Assembly: GCA_025594325.1 (NCBI GenBank)
Contig: JANHCV010000002.1
Coordinates: forward strand, 1,860,001-1,924,000
Origin: Blastocladiella emersonii ATCC 22665
Taxonomy: Eukaryota > Fungi > Blastocladiomycota
Direction of reading: 5' to 3'
DNA: 64,000 nucleotides
Part shown: one piece after another, positions 53,620 through 64,000 of the stretch
How the letters are laid out: each line of letters opens with the position of its first letter
How positions within the stretch are numbered: position 1 is the first letter of the stretch
Program-made: the position numbers and the translations under genes
The notes under the pieces: generated by a model
Database searches by the model: none
Seen by the model: the letters and a program-made list of their open reading frames with translations, nothing else
What the model was told of the DNA's origin: nothing

Positions 53620-55961
53620 ATGACGCCCCGCCGCCATCTCGTGGCCATGGCCATCGTGGCCCTCGTCCTCGCCACCTCGACAGTCCACGCCGTCCCGACC
53701 GCCGCCGCACCGGCCAAGTGCTCGTCGTACCGTATTCGCAAGGAGGTCCGCGATCTCTCCCCCGCCGAGTGGACTGCCTACACCAAGGCCCTCAAGGGTG
53801 CGTTCTCGTCGCTTCCTCAAAAGCACAGCTGCGTCGATACTCACTACCGTTCACAGCGCTGCGCAACACCCCCGCGGCGCGCGCCAAGTACGCGTCGAAG
53901 GGCCTGTCCAAGTACGAGGAGCTGGCCGCGCTGCACGGCGACTACTTTTCCGTGTGCCACAACGACGCGCGCTTCCTGCCGTGGCACCGCGCCTTCCTGC
54001 TCGAGCTCGAAGACGCGCTGCGCGCCGTCGACCCGGCCGTGACGGTCCCCTACTGGGCGTGGGCCACGCCCAAGGACGCAGCCGCGCCCGAAAAGTCGGT
54101 GGTCCTGTCGTCGGCGTACTTTGGGACCTCTGCGCCCGGCCAGTGCATCCCCGACGGTCCCTTCGCGGGCATCACGTCGCGCGCCACGGCCAACGGGATC
54201 ACGGCCGCCGCGACGTGCGTGCGGCGCGGGCTCAACCCGGCCACCAACACGGCGCGGCTCGCGACGCTCGACGAGATTGGCGAGAGCATCCGCCGCTCGA
54301 AAACGTTCTCTGAGTTCTCGTACATGCTCGAGTTCAACACGCACCCGGGGCTCCACGTCCTGCTCGGGTCCGACACCAAGTCGGGCCGGTACTACGACAT
54401 GGCCATGCACATCTCGCCCAACGACCCCGTGTTCATGTCGCACCACGTGTTTGTGGACAAGATCTGGCACGATTACCAGGTGTTCCACAAGGACGCGGCG
54501 CCGTTCGAGGGCGACAAGTACCGCAGCGTCAGCGGGCGCGTCGCGGCCGCGACCGACAAGCTCACGCCGCTGACCAAGGCCGACGGCGCCGAGTGGATCG
54601 TCAGCGACGTGTACCACTCGGAGGCGCTGTGTGTCCAGTACCTCAATCCGGGCGACGCGGCCGCCATCACGGCGACCAGCTCGGCCGCGACGGCCACGTC
54701 GACGAGTTCCTCCTCGACCGCGACCAGCACCACTTCTACGGCGACTACGGCTTCCTCCAGCGCGACGACGACCACATCGCTGACCGAGGCCAACCTGGCG
54801 GGCACGGCTTCCTCGACGGGCACCGCGTCCTCGACTAGCACGACCGCGACGACGACGAGTTCCAGCTCGGGTGCCAGCGCAACGACCACGGACGCGTCCA
54901 CGAGCGGCAGCACCACGTCGGCCTCGACCACGGCCACTTCTTCCTCGGCCACGTCGACTACCGCTTCCTCGGCCACGTCGACTGACACGAGCTCCGCGAC
55001 CAGCATCACCTCCTCGACGGCGTCCTCAACCTCGGCTGCGTCTTCGACGGCGACGAATTCGACTTCGTCCACGACCACGACGAGCACGGCGTCGCTGGCC
55101 GAGCCCACGTCTACCTCGACCTCAACTTCGGCTGCCACCACTTCCTCGAGCACGGCCGCGACGGCCGAGAACCTGACCAGCTCATCGAGTAGCACTACCA
55201 CAGCGACTACTACCACCACTACGGTGACCGAAACGGCCAGCAGCAGCACCACCGACACCCCGATCGCCACGATCGCTCCCGCTTCGTCGACGACGACCAC
55301 GGTCATCAAGTCGATCGAGTCGGCTGCTCCAACCAGCACGCCCGCCCCCGTGGCCGTTGCGACGAGTACGACGGCGTCGGTGATCGTGACGGCGGCGAGC
55401 GAGACGCCCATCGCGACGGCGACCCACACCGAGTCGGGCCCGATCGCGACCAGCATCACCACCACCGCGACGTCGGCCGGCAGCTCGAGCTCGGCTACGG
55501 GTACCACGACGGCGACCACCACAACGACCTCAACCTCGACCGAGTCCGCTCCCGCGCCGACACGCACGCTGGTGGCGCTGCCGCAGGCGTGGCGGTCGCT
55601 GATGAACCTGCCCGAGGCGGCGGTGACCGAGGCCGAGCAGTACTGGGCGCAGGTGGTGGCGGACGTGCAGGCGCGCGCCGTGGCGAATGCCGTGGACCGC
55701 ACGCTCAACCACGGCGGCGCGAGCAACGGCAGCGCGGCGCCCAACACCGGGTACCCGAACGCCGACACGACCGAGCTCGTCGCGGAGCTGCGCAAGCAGT
55801 ACGAGGCCAAGTCTGGGAATGACGGCGGGTACGCGGGCTGCGCGCGCGTCGCGGCGGGCCAGGTCGCGGCCAACGAGCACACGCTCGCGTCGGGCGCGAC
55901 GAGTCGGCTCAGCGGGTCGATTGCGGTTGCCGCGGTCCTGGCCGCGTTCGTGATAGCGTAG
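53620..55961 (+). CDS. Secreted tyrosinase-family di-copper protein with Ser/Thr mucin-like stalk and probable GPI signal
   Basis: Signal peptide LVAMAIVALVLATSTVHA; IRKEVRDLS; intron 53798..53856; CuA LHG...CHNDARFLPWHR; CuB HPGLH...SPNDPVFMSHHVFVDKIW; long S/T tract; hydrophobic C-terminus IAVAAVLAAFVIA. Confidence 0.9.
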
Positions 55962-57637
55962 ATGTGGGGTATAGCAGAAGAATGATGCAGTTTAATTTCG
56001 AATCTGCATCGAAGCAAGGGAGAGCGAGCAGGAGAGCAAGCGCCCAAGTCCGATCCGAGGCGCAGCGCAGCACAGCAGCCCACTGCGTCACGATGACACA
56101 GGGTGAGTCGAGCTGAGAGAGAAAAAAATCGACGCTCGGTGCGGGAAATTTGTTCGCTCAGCTCCCTCGCAACAAGCGGGCAGGTTCGCGCGAGCCTGTC
56201 GCCATGGCCGTGGTCGCGCCGCGCTCGTCGGCCCTGTCCCGCCCTCGCCACCATCGACTGCGCCTCACGACTTGGTGCATTGCCGCCGCGTCGCCCGCGC
56301 CATCCTCTCCTGCCGTGCTGCCGGCCGCCCCACCCAGAGTCCCGCGGCACCTACCCTCTGCGTCGGCGCGCTCCCATCTCGATCCCACCGCGCCCCGCCG
56401 CTGCCGCCGCTGCCTCGGCAAGCATCCGCGGCAATCCGTCCGTCCGCCGTCGGGCCAGTTCCCTTGACACGGCTCCGCCAACCCACACGCACGCACGACC
56501 GCCACGCGCGCCGCGCCGGGTGGGGAAAGTTTAATCGGGCCCGGCCCGCCGCCACCACCGCCTCGCCCGCTGAACGCATCGGCTGCCGCGCCCGTCCGTC
56601 CTGCAAGCGCGGCCGCCTGCTCGTCGCTCCCTTCCCCGCTCCTCTGTGCATCACCCGCACATCACCTCGTCTCGTTCTCGTTGCGCGCTCGCAGCCGGCC
56701 ACGCACCCCCCGTCACGTCGCTGCCCGACCCGCACACCACCCGCCGTCGGCTCGCCCGCCAGCCCGCCCCGCCCCGCGCTCGCTCGGTGTGGCGGCTCGG
56801 CTCTGCAAGCAGGCTGGGCCACGTCCTCTACTCTCGCCATCGTCGACTGCGGCCGCTCGCGTCCCGAGCGCCGTCCGCCGCCGCCGCCGTGCCCTGGCGC
56901 GCCCGCGTGATCGGGTGATCCACGCTTGCGGTACGTCTGTTCTCACTTCGTGTCCACGGCGGCGGGAGGGAAACTCTGCGCGGCCGTGTAGCGGGTTTCC
57001 ATGGATGGATCAGCGATGCATGGGATGGACGATGAGATGAGTGGTCGGTGAGTGCGGGCGCCGGCGCGTTTTTCTACGCCGCAGCGTGCCGCCGACCCGT
57101 AACAAGCTTTCGCGCCGCGCCGCGCCGCGCCTTTATGACCATTTGCGGCCGACCGCTGACGCGGCGCCGCGGCACCGTGACGAGGTCGCGCGGCATCCCC
57201 TTTCGGTGCACTTGCGCCCGAACCGCCTCCCCGATCGCGCCTGCGCGCGACTCCGCCGACGCCACGCCCGCGTGCCCGCCCGCCCGCCCGCCGCCGCGGA
57301 CCCGATGCTCGCCGCCGCGGCCCTGACCCTTGCTGACGCGACTGCTCGCTCGCCCGCTTCGATTACCGTCGCCGCCCCTGACGTGTAGTCTCCACTCGGT
57401 CTGCGTCTATCGAGTCGCCGCCGCCGCTGCCGGCACACCCGCCCGCCCCGTGTCCCCGCCAACGTCCGCGCCGCCGCCGCCGGCCGTGATCGCTCTTCAC
57501 GGCCCGCGCCCGCGCCTCGCCCCGTGGCGGTAACTCTATCGTCCCCGTCAACGCTCCCGCTCCTCGCCTGGACGGGATCGCCTCTCTCTCCCTCCTACCC
57601 GCCCGCTACCACGACACACTACCCGCAACCGACAACC

Positions 57638-60528
57638 ATGGAGCACTCGAGCGCGACCGCCGTCGCGCCGTCGCCCGTCGCCGCCCTCGCCCACCTCCCA
57701 CCACCACCACAACAACACCACGGGCACCAGCACTTCTACGCCGGCAGCAGCGAGTACGCGCATCCCGCCGCGGCGGCCTCGCCACCACCACGGGAACTGC
57801 CGCCAGCAGCGCACCACCACCACCACCATCACGCTGCGCCTGCTCCCGTGGACGCGCCGCCACGACGACCGCCCGCCGACGATCCCACGGCACCGCCACC
57901 GCCACCGCCGCCGTCATCCGATGCCCACCTCGATCCAGCCGCGGCAGGCAGCGCGGCCGGCGAGCCCGCCTCGGTCCCGCCCGCCCAGACCACGCGCTTC
58001 ATGGCCGCCAACTGGCAGTCGGCCCACACCGCCGCCCTGCACCTCGACGAGCGGTCCGCTGCCGCCGCTGCCGCGAACCCGGTCCAGCGCACCCCGCAGA
58101 CGCTCCGCCGGCACGACTTTGTCCAGGCGCTCGTCGGTACGTTCGCCGCGTAACTGGTGTGCTGCAGGACGCTGCTGACGGGATCTCTCCGTGTGTAGCG
58201 ACCGCCGCCGAGATCATCGACGGGCTGTACCCGACCCCGCCCACGGCCGTGATCCCGCTGTCGACCTTCATTGCTGAGATCCTGCGCCGGTCCAAATCCT
58301 CCTTCTCCACCCTCCAGCTCGCCCTCTTCTACCTCTTCAAGTTCCGCGCCGCCCACCTGCGCCGGATACAGGCCGCCGAGGCCGCCGCCGCGGCGGCCGC
58401 CATCATCGCCGCGCGCGGTGGGGCCGGCAGCGCGACGGACCTCCCGCCCGTCCTCCCCTCTCCCCCATCACTCGCACCGACGCCCGGCGCTCCACAACCG
58501 CAGCCACCACAACCGCAGCCGCCGCCTCCCACGCCCGCCAACCTGCGCACCCTCGCGACATGTGGCCGCCGCCTGTTCCTCGCCGCCCTCATCATGGCCG
58601 CCAAGTACCTGCAGGACAAAAACTACAGCAACCGCGCGTGGTCCAAGATCTCGGGGCTGTCGGCGCTCGAGATCAACCGCAACGAGCGCGAGTTCCTCGA
58701 CACCATTGACTACGGCCTGTTCGTGTCCGCCGCCAAGTTCGCGCGCTGGTCCGCGCTGCTCGTCGCCCACATCAACGCCGTCCACCAGGCGCGTCTGTCC
58801 GAAGCCAGCGCTGCGGCGGCGGCGGCGGCGGTGGTCTCGGGCCAGCCGCCCGTCTCGCACGACGCGATCCTCGCGTTCGACTTTCTCCCGCCCGTTGCGC
58901 CCGCGGCCGCCGGTGGGGCAGCTGGGTTCGCCGCGCCGTCGCCGGCCGCTGCGCGCCCGCCCGCCATGGCGCGGCACCCGTCCTCGCACGCGGCCAGCTC
59001 CGCGCTCAGCTCCGGATCGCTCATCGCCCAGCAGATCCAGCAGCTGCCCCGCGGCTACTTTCCCACGTCGGCCTCGGCACCCGCTCCCCACCCGCAGCAG
59101 CAGCAGCACGTGTACCAGCACCAGCAGCAGGGGTTCCAGCGCGTCTACCCGCACGCGCACCCGCCGCCGCCGCAGGTCCACGTCCACCCGCCGACAGCAG
59201 CAGCAGCGTACCAGTCCCGCGCGCAACCGCAGTACCACCACGCGCCCGGCCACCCGGCCCTCGCTGCTGCGACCGCGCCGACCGCGCCCGCCGCCGGCGG
59301 CGTCACGTACCTGTCGCACTCGATGGTCGCGTCCGCCAACCTGCGCGACGCGCTCCCCGGCAACGTGCGCGCGACCTCGGCCCACGAGACCTTCTCGCCC
59401 GAGAACAAGACGGACGCGTCTCCGCCCACGCGCGCCGTGCATACCCATCATCACCACGCGCCCGCACCTGCAACGACGACGCCGTCCTGGGCCCCGCCAT
59501 CCGCCGGTTCCGCGTCCACGGGCGCCGGGTCCGGCGGGCCCATGGGATCCGCGTCGCGTATGGCGCAGACCCTGCACGCGTTCGAGGCCGAGGAGGCGGC
59601 CGCCGCCGCGGTGGGACCGGCGGGGACCGAGTGGGTCAACCCCGGCGGTGACGTGCCGATCGGGTCGGGCGGCGGCACCGGCGATATCGCCGCGACCCCC
59701 GACACCGCGTCGCTGTCGACGTCCTCGCTCATCGCCACGGTCGCCGGCGGGCTCCCTGCGATCGCCGTCCCGATCCCGATGCCGCTCCCGGCGTACTCGC
59801 CCGCGTCCGTTGCGGCCGCCGGGTACCCGCACCACCACCAGCAGGCGTACGGGTTCTCGTCGCAGCAGCAGCAGCAGTACGTCGCGGCGGTCGGACCCGG
59901 GTTCCCCGTCCCGCTCCACCCGTCGCAGCGCCGCCAGTGGGCCCGGCCGCGCGCTCGCGCGCACTCGCACGACGCGACGCCGCCCGACCACGCCTCGACG
60001 GTGCCGAGGAAGCGCAAGGAGGTCGGGACGCCGCCCATGGGGTCCGCGTCCGCGTCGCCCGGCGCAGGTGGCGGTGGGCAGTTCGCCGCCAGCTCGCCGC
60101 CCGTCTCGAACTCGGGGTCCGGGACCGTCGCGCCGCCGCCCAACAAGCGCGCGCGGTCTGACTCGGGCGCCTCGGTCCTGGTCTCGTCGGCGAACCGGCA
60201 CCCGTCGTCCTCATCGTCGTCCAGCGGCGTCACGCTCCCGTCGCTCGGCCGGCCCGCCGACCACCTCGTGGCCTCGAGCTCGCCCATGCCCACGCCGCAC
60301 CTCCCGCCCATCATCGCGACCAGCGGCGAGCTCGCGGGTGCCTCGCCCGTCACCGTGTACCACCACCTGCACCCGCCGACGTCGGGGTCGGGGAACGGAG
60401 AAGGGAACGTGTGGGGGCCGCCCACAGGACCGATCCCGCCCGCTGCGCCGCCAGACCAACACCGCGCCGTGCCTCGGATCGCCCCGCAGGTGCCGGTCCC
60501 GCCGCAGCCGCCACGAGCGGACGGGTGA
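57638..60528 (+). CDS. Pho85-type (Pcl/Clg1-like) cyclin with a long disordered C-terminus
   Basis: Intron 58137..58198 joins ORFs 57524 and 58159. Cyclin box FIAEILRRSKSSFSTLQLALFYL...RRLFLAALIMAAKYLQDKNYSNRAWSKISGL...EINRNEREFL. Confidence 0.88.
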
Positions 60529-60664
60529 GGATGTTGTGATGTGAAGAAGGGTGAGATGTGATAGAAACAGTTTCTTTCTTTATCGTTCAAGTCATGGTTG
60601 CGTGCGATCAAAGCGAGGGGGGAGGAGAATGTACAAGTGGCGAGTGTGAGGGTGAGAGGAGGGA

Positions 60665-63188
60665 TCAGGACATCTGCTGCTGCTGCGCCGTCGTCGTTGT
60701 GGGGAACTCGAGCAGCGCCCAGACGGCCGGGTCGATGGCTGCGAGCGGCATTTGCTGCTGACCATGGTGTTGCGGGTTAGGTCGTGCTCGCTTCGCTGCT
60801 GCTGCGGCTTCATCGACCGCGGCCATGCGCTTGGCCGCGCCCACGAGTGATGGCGACCCGGATCCGGGCAGCAGGCACAGCGCCTCGGCGAGGACCGCGG
60901 TATCCGGCGACCGCGGCGGCGGCGGCGCGGCCATCGTCGCTGCTGCTGGTGGGGGAGGCGGGGTCGAGTACCCGGCCGCCATTGGCGGGGGCGACGACGA
61001 TGCGAGCCCGATGGCCGCCGCGAGCGACGACGTCCCGACGCCGACGCCGACCGCGCACTGCGGTGACGGGACGGGCGACCCTGCGGCGAACGTGAGCTGC
61101 GCGAAGCTCGGTGACAGCGTCGACGACGAGTAGCCCGCTGCCGCCGGCGACGACGACGTGATGGGCGCGGCCGTCAGGTGTGCGGGGACCGCGGACGCGA
61201 CGGCACCACCGTGATGGTGGTGCGCGAACGACGGCGACAATGGCGAGTACGGGAGCATCGGCGCGCTGCACAGCAACACCGCGCTCGCGGCTGTGCCCGG
61301 GTGGTGCAGCGAGTACGGGCTCGGGCCGGGAGAGACCAGCATGCCCGAGTGGTCAGTGGCGGGCCCATAGTACGCCGCTGCGGCCATGGCCGCCGACGTC
61401 GCGTACTGGTGCGAGTACTCGTGCTGCTGCGACCGCACGATCGGCTGCTGCTGCGCGTGCGCGTGGTACCCGAACCCCATGGACGTTGGGAGCGGGCTCG
61501 CGGCGGGACTCGCGTGCGACGAGGCGGGCCATGAGGGTGGGCAAAAGTACGGCGATGGTGGCGCGCTGGTGCCTGCAGACGCGGAAGAGGAGGGCGGGAG
61601 GAACCGGTACGGCTGATGGTGGTGGTGCGCGAACTGGTGCATCACGGGCGACGGCGCAAAGGATGACGAGGCGGCCGATGAGGGCCGCGACTGCATGGCG
61701 GCGCTGCTGCCCATGGCGATGGTGCTCGTGCGCGGTGAGCTGGCCGCCGTCACGGGCGCCGACATGGACTGCGGCGCCGGGTTGAAGTACCCCGTCTGCT
61801 GGTAGGCATGAAGCATGGGCGAGAGCTGCGCCGACGACGACGAGTAGCTGTGCGAGTGCGGGCCTGGGAGGAACGGCGATGGCGGGAGCGAGACGTGCTG
61901 CGAGGCCACCGTCGGCTGCATCTCGACTGGCGGGAGCGATGGCGGCAGCGGCGACGCGGCCGTCGGAAGCCGCGCGAGCGTGAGATGCACAATGGCCTCG
62001 TCGAGCGTGGCGGGGATCCGCGCAAAGAAGTGGAACGGGTGCTCGGCCTCGGACCACGACGTTGGCCGGCGCTGCGCGAGCTCGGCGTCGAGCTGCGCCT
62101 GCGACTGCGGGCGGCACTCGAGCATCACCGAGTCCTCGATGCCGTGTGCCGGGATGAGGTTGATGACGAGCACGAGCTACGGCGGCGTCGACTGGGATCA
62201 GTTTCTCGATCACGCCACGGCACGGACTGATCCCAAGTCGCGTACCTTCCACAGCGCGGCCGCGCGGCTCTCGGGCGTAAAGGCCGTGTTCCACAGCTGG
62301 GTGCGGTAGTGCGGCTGGTCGGCGATCCAGCGCAGCGTGTGCAGGATGGACCAGGTGTTCTCGGCGGGCACGGCGACGCGCGGGTACTTTCCGGGCAGGC
62401 CGCCGACCCACGTGAAGATTTTCCGCGTGAGCGTGCGGTTGAAGAGGAACTCGTAGCTCCAGTTCTTCTTGAAGCCCTCGATCTGCCCGTCTACGTGGTG
62501 ATGCAAGCGAGCACGGCAATCAGCAAATGAACCGCACGCGTGCGCAACTGCGCGTGCAACCGATCGACGTACCCGTGGGCCAAAACGGCGGAATGATGCG
62601 CATCGCGACCATGACGACCATGAGCAGGAACTCGGCGCGCAGGTCCGCCGCCACGATGTAGTGCGACGTCTTGAACAGCTCCTTGTACACGCGGTCGTAC
62701 AGCGGCCGCACCGCGCACATGGCGCGCACCAGGTCGAGCCCGGCCTGCAGCGCCGTCATGGTCGGTGGCCCGCTGGTCGCTGGCGTGGCCGTGGCCGCCG
62801 CAGCCGCCGTGGATCGCAGTGGCGGAAGGGGCGCCGCCAGCGTCGCGTCGGCGTGCGCCGGTGATGGCGCGGCGGCAGCGTTGCCCGACTCGCCCGCGAC
62901 GCCGGCCGTTCTACCGCCGCCGCCGCCCAGCCCCGACCGCGCGCGCGACCGCGACCGGCTGCTCGGCGGGACGGGGCCGACGCGCACGGGCGGCGACGTG
63001 GAGAGCGGGACCGAGGCAAGCGACGACGACGAGGAGTGTGCGCTCGGGACGGGCGACACGGCGGCCGAGGGGATCAGCGGGTACATCACGGCCGACGATG
63101 GCAATGGGGCCGTCGAGGGACGCAGCTGCATCGGCGCCGCAGCGGCGGCAGCAGGGGCAGCGGGGGCCAGGTGGTGATGGTGGATCAT
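60665..63188 (-). CDS. Hypothetical protein with an unrecognised central globular domain of about 210 aa; 3 exons
   Basis: Exons 63188-62573, 62490-62246, 62176-60665 splice in frame through canonical introns (GTACGT...CGTAG, GTACGC...CGTAG). The aromatic-rich ordered core is flanked by Ser/Pro/Ala/His-rich regions. Confidence 0.75.
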
Positions 63189-64000
63189 GATGTCGTGGGC
63201 CGGCGTCGAAACGTGTCGAGAGCGAGGGAGGAGAGAGATGGAACACGAGAGGCCCGTCGATGCGCGTGGAAATGGGGCTCAGCGGCGGACGGTCGAAATG
63301 AGCGAGCGACCTTCGCGGGAGAAGTCGCCAAGCCGGATGACGGGCGTGGCGCGGTAATGTTGGGCGCCGAGGTCGAGGTCAGAGTCACGTCGAGCTGTTG
63401 ACGATACTCGGGACGAGCCGGCAAGCGGGGATGGAGGGAGAGAGGGAGGGCCGGAAACCGCGGGAGCCAGGGAGTAGACGGCGAGGACGCCGGCGGCGCG
63501 GACAAGAATAGCGGGCGCGCGAGAGGCGAGCGCGAGGGTCGGGTGGGTACACGGACGACAGCGTGGGGCAGGAGAGAGGAGAGAGGTGCTGCAATGGTTG
63601 AGCAGAGGGGCGAGCGAGTTGAGGGCCGCGGAGAAAAGGGTCGCAGTGCGATCGAATCGGCCGTTGTTCGGAGCAGCGCGGCGCGTGTGCTTGCGGCGCA
63701 GCGCGTCGTCACTCGGTGAGTGCAACCGTGATAGCCTGGACAAGGCGCGGGCCGGAAATGAGCGCTGAGAGGACAAGGCCGTGCTTATGAGCTGTACATA
63801 CGGTGCCAAGGACCACTGTGTGAAGGGTCCAGAGGAGAAGTGTTAAGGTGCCTCAACAACGAGGGCGCAGCGATGCTTATGTAGGCGAGGTCGGCGAGGT
63901 CGGAGGTCGGCGACGAGTCACCACGACGCAGTCGTTCCAGCTGGTTCGAGTTGCGCCCTGTGCGCGGCGCGGCGAGGGAGATTGGGATCGTGGCACTCGG

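Noticed and set aside
1-64000. tRNA, rRNA, CRISPR arrays, prophage or intact transposase/RT genes, recoded stop codons
   Set aside because: No cloverleaf or T-loop context, no repeat-spacer periodicity and no viral hallmark genes seen by eye; the supported gene models need no stop-codon recoding. A covariance-model scan was not possible.

Overview
GC-rich, gene-dense eukaryotic DNA with short spliceosomal introns (mostly about 55-85 nt, GTACGY donors, YAG acceptors). A chitin synthase together with SWEETs, a PPP1R42-like protein, NT5C3 and a WWxxSGL ankyrin-like family points to a zoosporic fungus, probably Blastocladiomycota (inference, not verified). I can support about 22 protein-coding genes. 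Recognisable ones are mL41, eL34, a neurofibromin-like RasGAP, a ChsD-like chitin synthase, an AlaX-type editing protein, two unrelated HAD nucleotidases, an SCP/NIF phosphatase, a Pcl-type cyclin, a secreted tyrosinase, a bHLH-ZIP and a tandem SWEET pair. The most notable observations are four. (1) Two diverged, inverted copies (6651-8179, 27295-29253) of an unannotated non-autonomous element with asymmetric terminal inverted repeats, terminal hairpins, no TSD and decayed coding cargo, best matching Helitron2/Helentron-type rolling-circle elements. (2) A plant-style, kinase-less LRR receptor-like gene built from symmetric, mostly 72-nt, one-repeat exons. (3) A tandem triplet of intronless F-box-like plus ankyrin-like genes. 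(4) A probable 6-nt microexon in the chitin synthase. Most other long ORFs in the track are antisense or out-of-frame shadows caused by high GC. No database searches were possible, so all family calls rest on motifs read by eye.
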